A stretch of 64,000 nucleotides of DNA from the human T2T-CHM13v2.0 reference genome, Homo sapiens, in NCBI RefSeq assembly GCF_009914755.1, contig NC_060929.1; one strand, written 5' to 3'. The position numbers and the translations under genes were made by a program. The notes under the pieces are model-generated. The model had not been told where the DNA came from and did not search any database. It saw only the letters and a program-made list of their open reading frames with translations. Below are positions 14,383-27,765 of the stretch, piece after piece. Numbering within the stretch: the stretch's first letter is position 1; each line of letters begins with the position of its first letter.

Positions 14383-17103
14383 TAATCTCTTGTCAGATGG
14401 GTACTTTGCAGACATTTTCTCCCATTCTGTGGGTTGTCTCTTCACTTTGTTGATTGTTTTCTTTGCTGTGCAGAAGCTTTTTAACTTGCAGGGATCCCAT
14501 TGGTCCATTTTTGCTTTGGTTGCCTGTACTTATGAGGTATATTCAATAAAACTTTGCCCATTCTAGTGTTCTGGAGAGTTTTTCTAATGTTTTAATAGTA
14601 GAGATATGTCACTTCTTTGGTTAATTCCTAGGTATTGTATTTTATTTGTAGCTGTTATAAATGAATTTACTTTCTTGGTTTCTTTTTTCAAATTGTTCAT
14701 TGTTAGCATATAGAAATGCTACCGATTTTCGTATGCTGATTTTATGTCCTGCAACTTTACTGAATTTGTTTATCAATTCTAATAACTTTTTGGTGGTGTC
14801 TTTAGATTTTTTTCAAATCTAAGATTATTTCACTGGCAAAGAAGGATAATTTGACTTCTTTCTTTCTAATTTGAATGCCCTTTCTTTCTTTCTCTTGTCT
14901 GATTGCTCTAATTAGGACTTCTAGTACTATTTTGGATAACAGTGGTAAAAGTGAGCATCTTTGTTGTGTTCCAGATCACAGAGGAAAGACTTTCAGCTTT
15001 TTTCCCATTCAGTATGACACTAGCTGTGGGTCTGCTGTATATGGCTTTTATTGTGCTGAGGTATGTTCCTTCTATACCCAGTGTTTTGATGATTGTTATC
15101 ATGAAGGAATGTTGAATTTTGTCAAATGCTTTTTCAACATCAGTTGAAATGATTATATGGTTTTTGTCCTTCATTCTGTTCATGTGATGTATCACATTGA
15201 TTGATTTGTCTATGTTGAAGCATCTTTACATCCCAGGGATAAATCCTACTTGGTCATGATGAATAATCTTTTTTGTCTTGTTGAATTTGGTTTGCTAATA
15301 TTTTGTTGAGGATTTTTGCATCAATGTTCATCAGGGATATTGGCTTGTCGTTTCCTTTTTTTTGGTGTGTTCTTATCTGGTTTTGATATCAGGATAATAC
15401 TGACCTCATAGGATGAGTTTGGAAGTATTACCTCCTCCTCTGTTTTTCAGAATAGTTTGAGTAGGAGTGTATTAATTCTTTACATGTTTGGTAAAATTCA
15501 ACAGTAAAGCCATCAGATCCTGGGTGTTTCTTCCCTAGGAGATTTTTAATCATGGCTTTGATATTATTATTTGTTATTGGTCTGTTCAGGTTTTGGATTT
15601 CTTCATGATTCAACTTTGGTAGTTTGTATGTGTCTAGGAATGTATCCATTTCTTCTAGGCTTTCCAATTAGCATATAGCTGTTCACAGAAGCCTCTAATC
15701 ATCCTTTGTATGTCTGTAATGTCTCCTTCGTAATCTCTAATCTTATTTATTTGGGTCTTCTCTCTTTTTTCTTAGTCTAGCTAAAGGTTCATCAATTTTG
15801 TTTAACTTTTCAAAAAACCAACTTTTCGTTTTATTGATCTTTTTATTGTTTTCTTTGTTTTACTTTCATCTATTTTGGCTCTGATCTTTATTATTTTTCT
15901 TCTATTAATTTTTGGTTTTGTTTGCTCTTGCTTTTCTAGTTCTTTAAGATGCACCATTAGGTTGTTTATTAGAAGTTTTTCTACTTTATTGATGTAGGCA
16001 GTTATACCTATAAACTTTTCTTTTAGTATGCTTTTGCCTTATCCCATAAATTTTGGTATGGTGTATTTTTATTATCATTTTTCAAATAAATTTAATTTTC
16101 TTCTTAATTTCTTCATTGACCCACTGGTCATTCAGGAGCATATTATTTAATTTCCATGTGTTTGTATGGTTTCCAAAATTCCTCTTGTGACTGATTTCTA
16201 GTTTTATTTCATTGTGGTTAGAGAAAATACTTGATAGAATTTCAGGGTTTTTAAAATTTTTTAAGACTTTTTTGTGGCCTAACATATGGTCTGTTCTTGA
16301 GAATTATCCATGTGCTGAGGAGGAGAATGTGTATTCTGCAACTATTGGATAAAATGTTCTGTAAATATCTATTAGGTTCATTTAGTCTATAATGCAGATT
16401 AATTCTAATGTGTCCCTGGTGATTTTCTGTCTTGATAATGGGCATTGAAATCTCCAGCTATTTTTTCATTGGGATCTATTTCTCTGTTAGCTCTGATAAC
16501 AATTTGCTTTTTATATCTGGGTGCTGCAATATTGAGTGCATATATATTTACAATTGTTGTATCCTCTTGTTGAACTGACCCTCATCAATATATAATGACC
16601 TTCTTTATCTCTTTTTATAGTTTTTGTCTTGAAATCTATTTTGTCTCGTGTAAGTTTAGGACTCCAGCCCTTTTTTTTCCCATCTGCATGGAATATCTCT
16701 TTCTATTCCTTTATTTTTAGTCTATTTTTATTCCTTTATTTTTAGTCACCTATGGGTGACTATAGGTGAAATTACTTGTAGGCAACAGATCATTGGGTCT
16801 TGTTTTTTTTTTTTTCTTAATCCATTCAGCCACTCTATGTCTTTTGGCTGGAGAATTTAGTCCATTTACATTCAATTTTATTATTGATAAGTAAGGACTT
16901 ACTCCTGCTATTTTGTCATTTGTTTTCTGGGGTTTTTTGTGCCGTTTTATTTCTTTCCTTCTTGTCTTCCTTTTAGTGAAGGTTATTTTCTCTGTGGTAT
17001 GTTTGAATTTCTTGCTTTTTACTGTTTGTGTATCTTTTGTACTTTTTTTTTTATTTGAGGTTGCCATGAGCTTGCAAATAATATCTTATAACTCATTACT
17101 TTT

Positions 17104-17376
17104 TTTTTTTATTTTTGAGACGGAGTCTCACTCTGTCCCCCAGGCTCGAGTGCAGTGGCGTGATCTCGGCTCACTGCAAGCTCTGCCTCCCAGGTACATG
17201 CCATTCTCCTGCCTCAGCCTCCTGAGTAGCTGGGACTACAGGTGCCCGCCACCACGCCCAGCTAATTTTTTGTATTTTTAGTAGAGATGGGGTTTCACCA
17301 TGTTAGCCAGGATGGTCTCGCTCTCCTGACCTCATGATCTGCCTGCCTCGGCCTCCCAAAGTGCTGGGATTACAGG
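17104..17376 (-). mobile_element. AluY inserted in the L1, slightly 5'-truncated
   Basis: TSD ATAACTCATTACTTTT at 17088-17103 and 17377-17392. Confidence 0.92.
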
Positions 17377-20300
17377 ATAACTCATTACTTTTAACTGATG
17401 ACTGCTTATCAGGATTGCATAAACAAACTAAGAAACAAGTAAAGAGAAAACTAATAAAAATTCTGTGCTTTAACTTTGTCCTCCAGCATTTTAACTTTTT
17501 GTTGTTTTTACTTGTATTTTAGTCTTATTTCTCAAAAAGTTGCTGTAGTTATTATTTTTGATGGTTCATCTTTTAGTCTTTCTACTCAAGATATGAGTGA
17601 TTTACAAACGTAATTACAGTATTATAAAATCTTGTGTTTTTCTTTGTATTTACTATTTCTAGTGAGTTTTCTACCTTCACATGATTTTTCTATTGCTCAC
17701 TAATGTTCTTGTCTTTCAGACTGAAGAATTCTCTTTATCATTTCTTGGATGACAGGTCTGGTGTTGATTAAATCCCTCAGCTTTTGTTTATCTAGAAAAG
17801 TCCTTATTTCTCCTTCATGTTTGAGGGATATTTTCTCTGCATACATTATTCTAGGATTAAAGTTTTCTTCCTTCAGCATTGTAAATATGTTATGCCACTC
17901 TTTCCTGGCTTGTATGGTTTCCACTGAGAAGTCTGCTGTCAGATGTATTGAAGCTCCATTTTATGTTGTTTTTTCTTTTCTCTTGTTGCTTTTAGGATTT
18001 TTTTTTTCTTTATCATTGATCTTTGGGAGTTTGTTTATTAAGTGCTTTTAGGTAGTCTTCTTTGGGTTAAATCTGTTTGATGTTCTATAACCTTCTTGTA
18101 CTTGGGTTTTGATATTTTTCTTTAGGTTTGGGAAGTGCTCTGTTTTATTCCTTAAATAAACTTTCCATCTCTCTCTCTGCCTTCTCTTTAGGTCCAATAA
18201 CTCTTAGATTTGCCATTTGAAACAATTTTCTAGATCTTGTAGGCATGCTTCATTCTTTTTTATTCTTTTATTTTGTCTCTTCTGACTGTATTTTCAAATA
18301 GCCTGTCTTCAAGCTCATTAACTCTTTCTTCTGCTTCATAAATTCTGCTATTAAGATTCTGATGCATTCTTCAGTTTGTAAAATGCATTTTCAACTCCAG
18401 AATTTCTTCTTGATTCTTTTTAATTATTTCAATCTCTTTGTTAAATGTATCTGATAGGTACTGCCTGGCTGCCTCCAATGCTCATTCAAGGCCCAAGGTG
18501 TCTTCAGTCAATGTGTGGTGAATGCTGCCAGGACTGAGACTCACCCTTCAGGGCAGTAGGCTCCTCTCTGACCCAGGGCTGACCCTGAAATGCCATCCAA
18601 GAGCCAAAGCCTGGAATTGGTACCTAAGTTGCAAGGTACCTAAGTTGCAAGGCAAAATCCCCATTACTTTTCCTCCTACTTTCCTTAAGCAGAAGAAGTC
18701 TCTGCCCATAGCCATCACAGCTGGAAATGTGCTACGTCACACATGAAGCTAGCACATCTCTGACTCTCACCCAAGGCCCATGTCGAGTACTGCCTGGGTA
18801 CCACTGCTGATTATTCCAGGCCCCAGGGCTCTCTACTCAGCAGGAGATGAATCCTGACAGGACTGGGTCATTCCCTTCAATGCAGCTGGTTCCCTTCAAG
18901 CCTAGTGTGTGTCTAGAAATGTCATCTGGGAGCTAGGTCCAGGAATGGGGGCCTCAGAATTCTACCTGGTGCCCTATCTTACTGGGGCAGAGCTGGTCTC
19001 TGAATTGCAAGACAAAGTGCTCGTTAAACTTTTTTCTCCTCTCCTCAAGTAGAGAGGAGTCTGTCTCAGAGTGGCAAGCTGTGCTTTCTGAAGCTGGGGG
19101 AGGGCTAACACACTCACTCCCTTGGCCACCTTGGCTGGCGTCTCATTAAGTTGCATGCCCCCAAGTCCACCGGTTGTACACCCAACATGGCACCAGAACT
19201 TGCCTAGGAATTTCAGTTCTTGTGGCCTAGACTGCCTTTCAGGTTTATGTAGAACCTCAGAGCACTTTCACCCACAGTGGCAAGGCTTACTGGATCTCAG
19301 GTTCTGTCCACTGGGATGGTTCTGACCCTCCAGCTTGCCCTGGTCTGGTCTAAATGTTCCGTCTGTGGGTGTCGGCTGAGTTCTGCCCTGTGTTGCTTTC
19401 CACTGTGATAGGGCAGCACTGAATTCCAAGGCCAAGTCCCATGATCGCTGTTCTCTCCCTCCCACAATCACACAGATTCTGTCTGTGCCATGTGGCCACT
19501 GCCAGGAGATGGGGAAGGGGTGGCTTTGGCAAATCAAGACTGTCTCTCCTACCCTCCTCAGAGCCTCAAGTGACTCTTTCAGCAATATGAGGTTAAAACC
19601 ATGTACTGTGGTTGCTTACCTGAATTGTGGTTCTCATGAAGGTACTTTTTTGTGTGGATGGTTGTCCAATCTGGTGCTCCTGTGAGGAGGAGGTTTGGTA
19701 GAAGCTTCTGTCTGGCCATCTGGCTCTGCCTTCTTAATATCAGCTTCTCAGCAGTCTTGTGCTGTTCCTCACTCACAGCTGGCTGCCTCCACCTGACCCT
19801 CCCCTTGACACCACAGGCAAGGACAATGGTGAGAACGTCCTCTCTCCCACTGAAATGTTTCCTTGTTGCACTTTGGGTTTGAGAAGTGCTGTGCTCCTGG
19901 GTCCTGCCCTTCTTAGAAAACCCTAAGAACTGGGTAAGAAGTATTTACCCCTGACAGAGGATCACCTTTCACTCCAAATTCCTTCTTCAGCCAGGGATGG
20001 AGGAAGTCACAAATATTATCATCTAAGCTCTAATCAAAAATTATATCACTATGAAGATTAGATTGTAGAGTTTGGCAAGAAATCTTGGTAAATTTAATTA
20101 ATGTCCAGGTGAATTAAATGAGTATTAAATACTAAAAATATGAGAGCTCTTCATGCTCTCAGAACAAGGCCAGAAATATGGATGTTCTCAGTGTTGTACC
20201 CTTGAGGCTTCAGTGATGAGATTTTAACGTACAAAAAAAATCACTGCTTCTCCTAGTGAACAAGGAACATATAGATACAGGAATGGTTTTGAGTAAATCC

Positions 20301-22689
20301 ACAGTCAATGATAATTTGGAATAACCAAGGATAATCATAGCGCATTCTTAAATTATACTATTAAATTATACTCTGCTTTCTCTAGCCTTCTTCCTGCCAT
20401 AGAATTCATCCAAAGCCTGATTGGCTGATGACTCAGGTGTGCCCAGCTGTGCAGAAACCATGGGAGGCACGTTGGCCATCTGAGACAGTATTTGTGGGGC
20501 ACATAGACAGTTGGCACTTCACCCAAGTCACACTTCTGCTGCTGGGATGTTTATTACACTGATCCAGTTTAGCCAGGCCACAAGATCCAGGTAGAACTCA
20601 ACAATTCCATCTATGCCTATATCCAGTCAACCTCCAGATGACTCCTTCCCAGTCCTGCTTCTCCTTCGTCCAGCCCTGCCTCACCCTTGCCTCCTCTCCT
20701 CCTCATGCACAAACAACAGGTATTTATGTTTTACAAATATGTGCTGATATCACTGCAGGAGGAACTGGGGTTTGCGAGAAACCAAGGACTGAGTCCTTTC
20801 TGATGGATTATGATGATGGGAGTAACTCATCACTCGCAAGATTCAGCTTTAACCAGAAACTTTGTCAGAGTGTCCAGTGTCAAAGCCTTAGTAGTTTGAG
20901 TCTATACATAAGCAACTGGAAAGTGACCAGGGGACAAGTTTAGAGCTGGGCAAATGACTGAAATTGTGAAGCCTGGACTTCTTTGGGTTTAAGATGATGC
21001 ATGATTCCTGTGACCAGCATATCAGCCCCGTTGTCCTTGAAGACAGAAAGGTTGAGAGAGCCCAGTGCCTAAGTCAGGTGTAGTGGAGAGAGGAACAAAA
21101 AGAAACAGACACAAAATTTCTTGGAGAAAAAGGAAGCTTTTTGGTTTATTTAAGATTTTAGCCAAATTTTTTTTTCAAGATATCACATATAATCACACAA
21201 CAAGAATTACTGTGGCTTTTGGTGTAGATTCATATTTGGCTCTGAGGTTATAAGAAAATAAAAAGCAAAGTTTCACTTTGATTAAAGTTTGATAAAAGTT
21301 GAAATTATCTAGTGTTTCTGAAATATCACTAAGAAGACCTAGAATGAATAGAATATTCCCAAAACAAATGACACTTCAGGAGAAAAGATGGAGGAGAGTA
21401 AAAATGAAATTACTTGATAATTAAAATGCATCTTTCTTATAATGAGCCCAGTTACTTCTTTACTGTGTTTATTGATAGGTGGCTCTCATGAATAGGGCGC
21501 ATGGCGTCACCTGAGACACGCTTGGAACTGGTTCACTGGGAGTCTGTCTCATTGCTGTAGAAATAACCTCAGTGACTGGGCGTTTATTCATTTCTTCTTA
21601 ATTTCTATTTTATTTTTTGATTTATGAAACTTTAATGAGCAGTTTCTATGAATCTCAGCAGATCCCAATTAATACAAATCTACCAACTTTTAATGATGAA
21701 TGCCAACAAATATACTACAGTAAACATCCTACTGCCGAGCTTCAATATTTTCTTTACTTACATTGCTCAGAGCTAGCATTTCCCAGCAGTAACACAACAC
21801 ATATTCGTTCGTTTCTTATGAAGGCAATATAAGTGTTTGGTGAGTTTTTCTAATGTAAAATGATTTCCAGAATTGGTCATGAGAAAGGCAGACCCTGTGA
21901 GAGCGAAGCCTGTCCTTTGCAAAGCCTGAAGGACTTGGCCTTTTCTGAGGCCTGGTTAATAATCCACCCGCCTGACATTCCAGTGGTTACTGTGAGCTAC
22001 AGGCAGGTTCCCCTAGACATTTTGAGTTTCCAAACAAATATTCTTCATTCTGATAAGAAGAAAACATTAATCTTCTGCAATTTACCTTATCTTTTAGAAT
22101 AGCTTGCAAACTAATAATGAAACAAGCTAATGAAGTAACTTTTTTGTGTTTTTTATTATCTGTTGTTTATCAAGGCATATCAAAATATCAGTCTTATCAG
22201 TTACTATGTTCTATGTATTTAATGAAATTGGAGATTATTTAAATACTGAATATTGTAACTCAGACTAAATTATTAATGAAACAAGTATAATGCTTGATGA
22301 CTTGGTTAATGAAAACTCAAAAATCTGCCAACTGCAGCTGGACACCTTTGCCTGGGGATCCGGTCCTCTCACCCTGGGCCACCCAGAATGTAGCCTTGAG
22401 CCTGGGGGAAAGGAGAGATGGTTCTGAATCTGAAACAGCTGTGTTGGATCACAAGCGTGTAGGCCAGGAACCAGAAAGAGTGTAAAAAGCAAAGCAGCAG
22501 GTCAGAAACAAAATTGTGTTTGGGATGATTGTGGTGCTGGGTGCACCAACACTCAGGGCTTCAGAGGGATCTCCAACTGCAGAGTGAAAAATTCCTCAGG
22601 GGCTCTCTGAATTATCAGAAGGAAAGCAAAGATCATCAGGGCGAAGCATAATATTTTACATCCTTCGTTTTATTAATTCAGCAAATCTT

Positions 22690-22880
22690 GTTTGAATGTT
22701 CACTAGATCATATACTTTAAGTATATTAAGTCTTACAAACTCGTGACAAGTAGCTGTTCTTATATCTGCATCCTAGATGACAGAGCAGCACAGAAAGGCT
22801 GAGTAAATCATCCAAAGTCACACAGCTAATAAGTATGAGAATGGGATGATAAATTCTGCAGTGTCCGACTCACCCGGCCT
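22690..22880. mobile_element. MIR remnant
   Basis: 'gcacagaaaggctgagtaaatcatccaaagtcacacagctaataagt...cagtgtccgactc'. Confidence 0.65.
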
Positions 22881-24379
22881 TTCCCTTCTATCAGTCCGCT
22901 GCAACCTGCAGGGGAGATGCTGAATCACATCTATTCTAGGTTCTTAAGGAGCCAATCATCTTCTGAGGGGGGGTTTGAAAAGTGAGCAAGTGTTTGCATA
23001 TCAAAAAGTGTTGTTATTGGTTTAAGCCATGCATGAATTTTTCTTCTTTTTTGGTTTAATACCTAAACTGGTTACCTTCGGTAATGGAGAAACTAATTGG
23101 GTAGCGTTATACAAGGTTGAACACATTGATGACTGCTTACGCTTCTCAGTTAGTTAAAATACAAAAAGGTTGAAAGCTAATTGGCTTTAACCATTATTTA
23201 ATTTATTTCACACTTGGCATTCCCTGGTAGAACTGTAAAAGGTAAAGTGTTGTTGTATCTTCGTTTAGTTCCCGGAGTTCTAGAAGGCCAAGAAGGTTCC
23301 GAAGTAATTCATGAATAGCACTGCAGGAAAGGCTGCCTCTGCCCTCTCCCTCAATCCTGGGCATAAATTCTAAGAATTTCACTTTCCCATGGCTGTGTGG
23401 TATTTGGGCCCCAGGAGGTCTACCCCCCATGGTGGTGCTGATGGCTTCATTGATAGTCTACCAAGCTTACCTTTGTCTTGCCTCCTCTCACCCCCAGTGG
23501 TAACACTGCAGCCAATGCTTCCTCTCCCAATATTTGATAAACCTACTCTCCTCTGTCTTTTATGTCTCCCACCCCAAATCCTATTTTCCTTGAGAGTTGT
23601 GTTTGGCGTTTTCTCAAGGTCTAGGAAATGCTCCTCCAGGCCTGCAGTTCACACTGTACAAATGTCTGGACTCATCCAGGACAGCCCAGCCCCATGCAGG
23701 GCTTCACTACGTGGACATTAATGTGAGCGAACTCTCCCCGCAACTCCCAAGTAAGAATCAGACCCAGGCTCCCCACATCAGAGGCAAATTTAGAATGGAC
23801 ATTGGATGCCGTGGGTCAGCAGCTGAGAATACCTAGTGAGTGTCTCAGTCAGTGGGCAGCACTAGATTTGCAAAATCACTGAAAAAAAAATCAGCATAAT
23901 AGTAATACTAATAGTTCAGTATTGCAGAGCTCTAAATGATACCCTGATGTTCTGCAGGAGTAGATTGCATTATAAAATTAGAGCAATATGTAATAACATT
24001 TATTAGGACTTTTAAAATTCATCTGTAATCCAATGATCCAGCAATGCCATTGACATTATTTTAAAAGAATGGATGCACAGACCTGAACTTGAGTAGTGCA
24101 GAGAGCTATAAAAAGGAAGTATAATCTTCTTGCATCCCTCCTACTCAACTTTCTCCTCCTGAAGAGGCTTTTCCCCCTGAAGATGGTTATTGTTCCAACA
24201 TCAACAATTTCTCTTCAGTCATCCAAGAAAATTCTTTAAGTGTAGATACACAATTTTTAAAATGAACATAATTGAGAGCATGCTATATACTGTATTATAT
24301 ACTTTTAACAAATTAATACCTTTTGGAAACCCTGTAGCATAAACCTTAAACTTACAAGTTCTGAAAGTACTCTGATTTT

Positions 24380-24580
24380 GTTCTAATCCTTACACTATAT
24401 TTCCTGGCGAGCTGACCTTGAAAACATTACTGAATCATTCTACATCTCTATTTCCTCACCCATAAAAAGGGGGCACTGATGCCTTACAGAATGTAACTAT
24501 GGATGAGTAATCAATAGGTATTACGTAGAAAATATGGGCCACAGCTTCAGAAACTTAAAAAAATGTTTAATTATAATTAT
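24380..24580. mobile_element. MIR remnant
   Basis: 'tgaccttgaaaacattactgaatcattcta...tttcctcacccataaaaagggg'. Confidence 0.6.
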
Positions 24581-25668
24581 CATCAGTACGTAACTCTAAC
24601 TTTTAGTGGTTATATAACCTCCAATTATACAAATATACTTTAAAAATTGACCCTGAATTTACTGGTAACCATTTAAATTGTTTCTTGTTTTTATTATTTT
24701 TAGTTTTGTTATTATAAACAAGGCTGCCATACACATTCACACCTGTTCACTGATATTGAAGAAATTCTTACAAGAAATATTTGGCGAGAATTCCCAAAAG
24801 TTAACTCCCTGGAGTTGAATTGTGCACGTTAACTCATAATGTCTGTGGTGCACAGATATATGGGCTGGCCCTGGGGCTGCCTCCTGAGTGGGGCCTCAGT
24901 TTACATTTCCCAGAATGTAAGATTGCCTGCTTGTCCTCATGCTCACCAACAATCGTGCTACCAAGATCTTAAAAATATTTGTCACCCTAAAAGGTAAAAA
25001 AGCAATCGATTTTGTCTCTCTACGATTTTTAACGTTGTATTTAGTCTGTTTTGCCCTACAGACATTTTTAGTATTTTTATAAAATCACTGCTTTCCTATT
25101 TCCTTTAATATCTTGCTTAGAGAAACCTTCCTGATTCCCTAAGAAAAATTTTTATGCTTTCCTCTAGATTAATTTTGTTAAGTTACCCTTTTCTAGAAAG
25201 TGTTACATTTGCTTTGTTTTCAAATTCGTTTTAACAGAGTTTTGCACATTACCCTATTAGGATTCTAATTTTGATCACTTTATCTGAGACCCCTCACCAA
25301 TATGAATATTTAATATTTAAGTGTGCACGTGTTCTTTCTTACACCGTCATTACTTTTGGTGTAAATTAACTGACTTTGGTATGCTGTGCACCCTCTGTCC
25401 CTTTCTCATTCCTGGAGTCCAGTCCTGGAGCAGCTCCACGCCAGCCTTTCTCCAGGTATGCAGAGCCAGAGAGCTCAGACTGTGTGTGGAGGCCTTTCCC
25501 ATTGCTAATTCTCAGCCGGGGTTTTTGAACCTTTCCAATGTTCGCTCTCACTGGAGGGAACAGCATGCTTCCAAGAGAATAATAACAAATGCAATGCTTG
25601 GAGAATCGGCCCTGGCTTCAACCAGAAAGTCTAATTGTGTTTTCTTTCTTTCCTTTTATTTTTTCCAG

Positions 25669-25930
25669 TCAGGCATGATACGAACAGAAGAGGCAGATTA
25701 CTTCCTAAGGCCACTTCCTTCACACCTCTCATGGAAACTCGGCAGAGCTGCCCAAGGCAGCTCGCCATCCCACGTACTGTACAAGAGATCCACAGAGCCC
25801 CATGCTCCTGGGGCCAGTGAGGTCCTGGTGACCTCAAGGACATGGGAGCTGGCACATCAACCCCTGCACAGCAGCGACCTTCGCCTGGGACTGCCACAAA
25901 AGCAGCATTTCTGTGGAAGACGCAAGAAAT
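25669..25930 (+). CDS. ADAMTS16: ADAMTS16 coding exon (probably exon 4), prodomain SGMIRTEEADYFLRPLP...QKQHFCGRRKK
   Basis: Long pyrimidine tract ending TTCCAG at 25668; donor T|GTATGT at 25931; 262 nt, phase 0 to 1. Contains the ADAMTS prodomain G-x-I-x-T motif and a cysteine-switch-like HFCG. Confidence 0.97.
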
Positions 25931-27765
25931 GTATGTAAGGGCGAATCTTTGTGTGTATTTAGTGATGCTGACATTTATGTAAGCTGATGGAAGCTTGTAC
26001 ATTTTCTTCAAAGCATGTCTGCCCACGGGGTGAAATCTATGGACTGTCGTTGCTAAACTGAAGCAATGATTCCAGAGAGAGTCCCTTATCTGTAAGTTCA
26101 GCACGGGACATCTCTCCATGGCAGATGGATGGATAATGGTAAATGATGTCTTTTTAAGAATTCTTTCCTGGGTAGATTAAATGACACAGTGTGCAGAAGT
26201 GCAGAATCTACCAGACATCTTCAAAAGAACCCAGGCATCACTACTCAGTCATTCTATATTTTTGAGGTTTAGATTTATTCAAGCCCACATAGTTTTCCTG
26301 CTGAGGTAATTCATTTATATGCATGCTTATATACATTACCACATCAAAAGGGCAGACTCAGTGTGACATAGTAGACCTGCGATTTATCACCAAAGCTTTA
26401 TCAGAGTCTTTTTTTGTCATGAACATTTAGGAAATGGTTTATTATTTACATTTTTATGTAGAAACCTCTCAGAAATTCAAGAATTGAAGTTGGGTGCTTT
26501 CTGGAATGTCCCTCACTTCCTTGAGCTCTCTCCTCAAACATCACTGGGTGAACCTTCCTCAGGAGTCTCTGGACTGCCCCCTCTCCCCCTGCCCATTGTT
26601 TCCTGCGTGGTTGGTTTCTATGACTGCTTCACCCAGCACCCTGAATAGAGGCAGGCCTGTTGCAAGTACTTAGTGAATCTCGTTGAATGAGTGAACGAAC
26701 AAAAATCTCTTGGCACCTACAACAACAGAATCAGTGCTTGTTAAACCATCAGTGCCTTTGTGTCCTCTGAACCCCTTTCGTCCTACCCCTGAAAGTCATG
26801 TGCTGCATTCAGATGACTTGAAAACCTCACACCCAGATGAACTTAGTGGGCTCAGGTGCAGGGGAGGTAGCAGGAAGAACCATGCTGAGAACAAACGGAG
26901 GTGAGCAGGAGGCTGAGAGAGTTGGGAATCCTGAGGTTGGGTGAGTGTTTGAAAAGGGCGTGCATATCGGCAACAGCTGCCCGAGGCTGCCGTGACCGGC
27001 AGGTCAGGACCCAGATGCGTGGCGGAGGCTTCCCCAAGGTCAGAGTCAGGACTCTGCTGCCAGGGCTCACGGTGTGGTTGTGGTCAGAGCAGGACAAATT
27101 CCGTATGCCAGGGAGAGGAAGTGGCCCACACACCTGGATCTCAGCAGGAGAGAGAGCAGGGCCGTCTTAACCGCTTTGACAGACCACACACCAAGCTCTT
27201 AAGCAGACGCCGCAGTGGACCTTGAAAACATCAAGCAATGCAGACCACTGTGAGAGGACTGCGATCCTTTCGTTCCTCTCTGAAGGTGGTCGCCATGACT
27301 CAGGCTGGTGGCACAGCTAAGGCACAGCTCTGTGTGCAAGGCAGTAGAGATGACCTCAGTGTGGTGTCCACATCTGCGCGTGTGTGCATAGGCATGGGAG
27401 TGTGCGTGTGTGTGTAGTGTGTGTTGCCTTGAGAGACACTTCAGAATTGTAATAGTGGTGGTAAGTGAAAGGCAGTTATTTCAAAAAGGATGCTAAACTC
27501 TATAACACATTCTGTATTTGAAAAGTGGAAAAAAGTTCCCATGGTTTCATAATAAAACTAGCGAAAGAAAGCTCAACAAACTGCCTCTTGTAGGTGGAGG
27601 ATATTGGTGATTGACATCCTGCTGTTTGCCAAATATTTCTGTCCCCCCTGGGGTATGCAGGTGATAGTACTACACTCCTGGGCCTCGAGTGGCCAGGGGC
27701 CATGTGACCAGCCCAGGCCCCGGAAAAGTGAGCAGAATCAACAGCGCTGCTTCCTACTGGAGCGT

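Noticed and set aside
25631-26119. 162-aa minus-strand ORF; also 29615-29851 and 33472-33894
   Set aside because: Antisense shadows of real exons, with no independent support.
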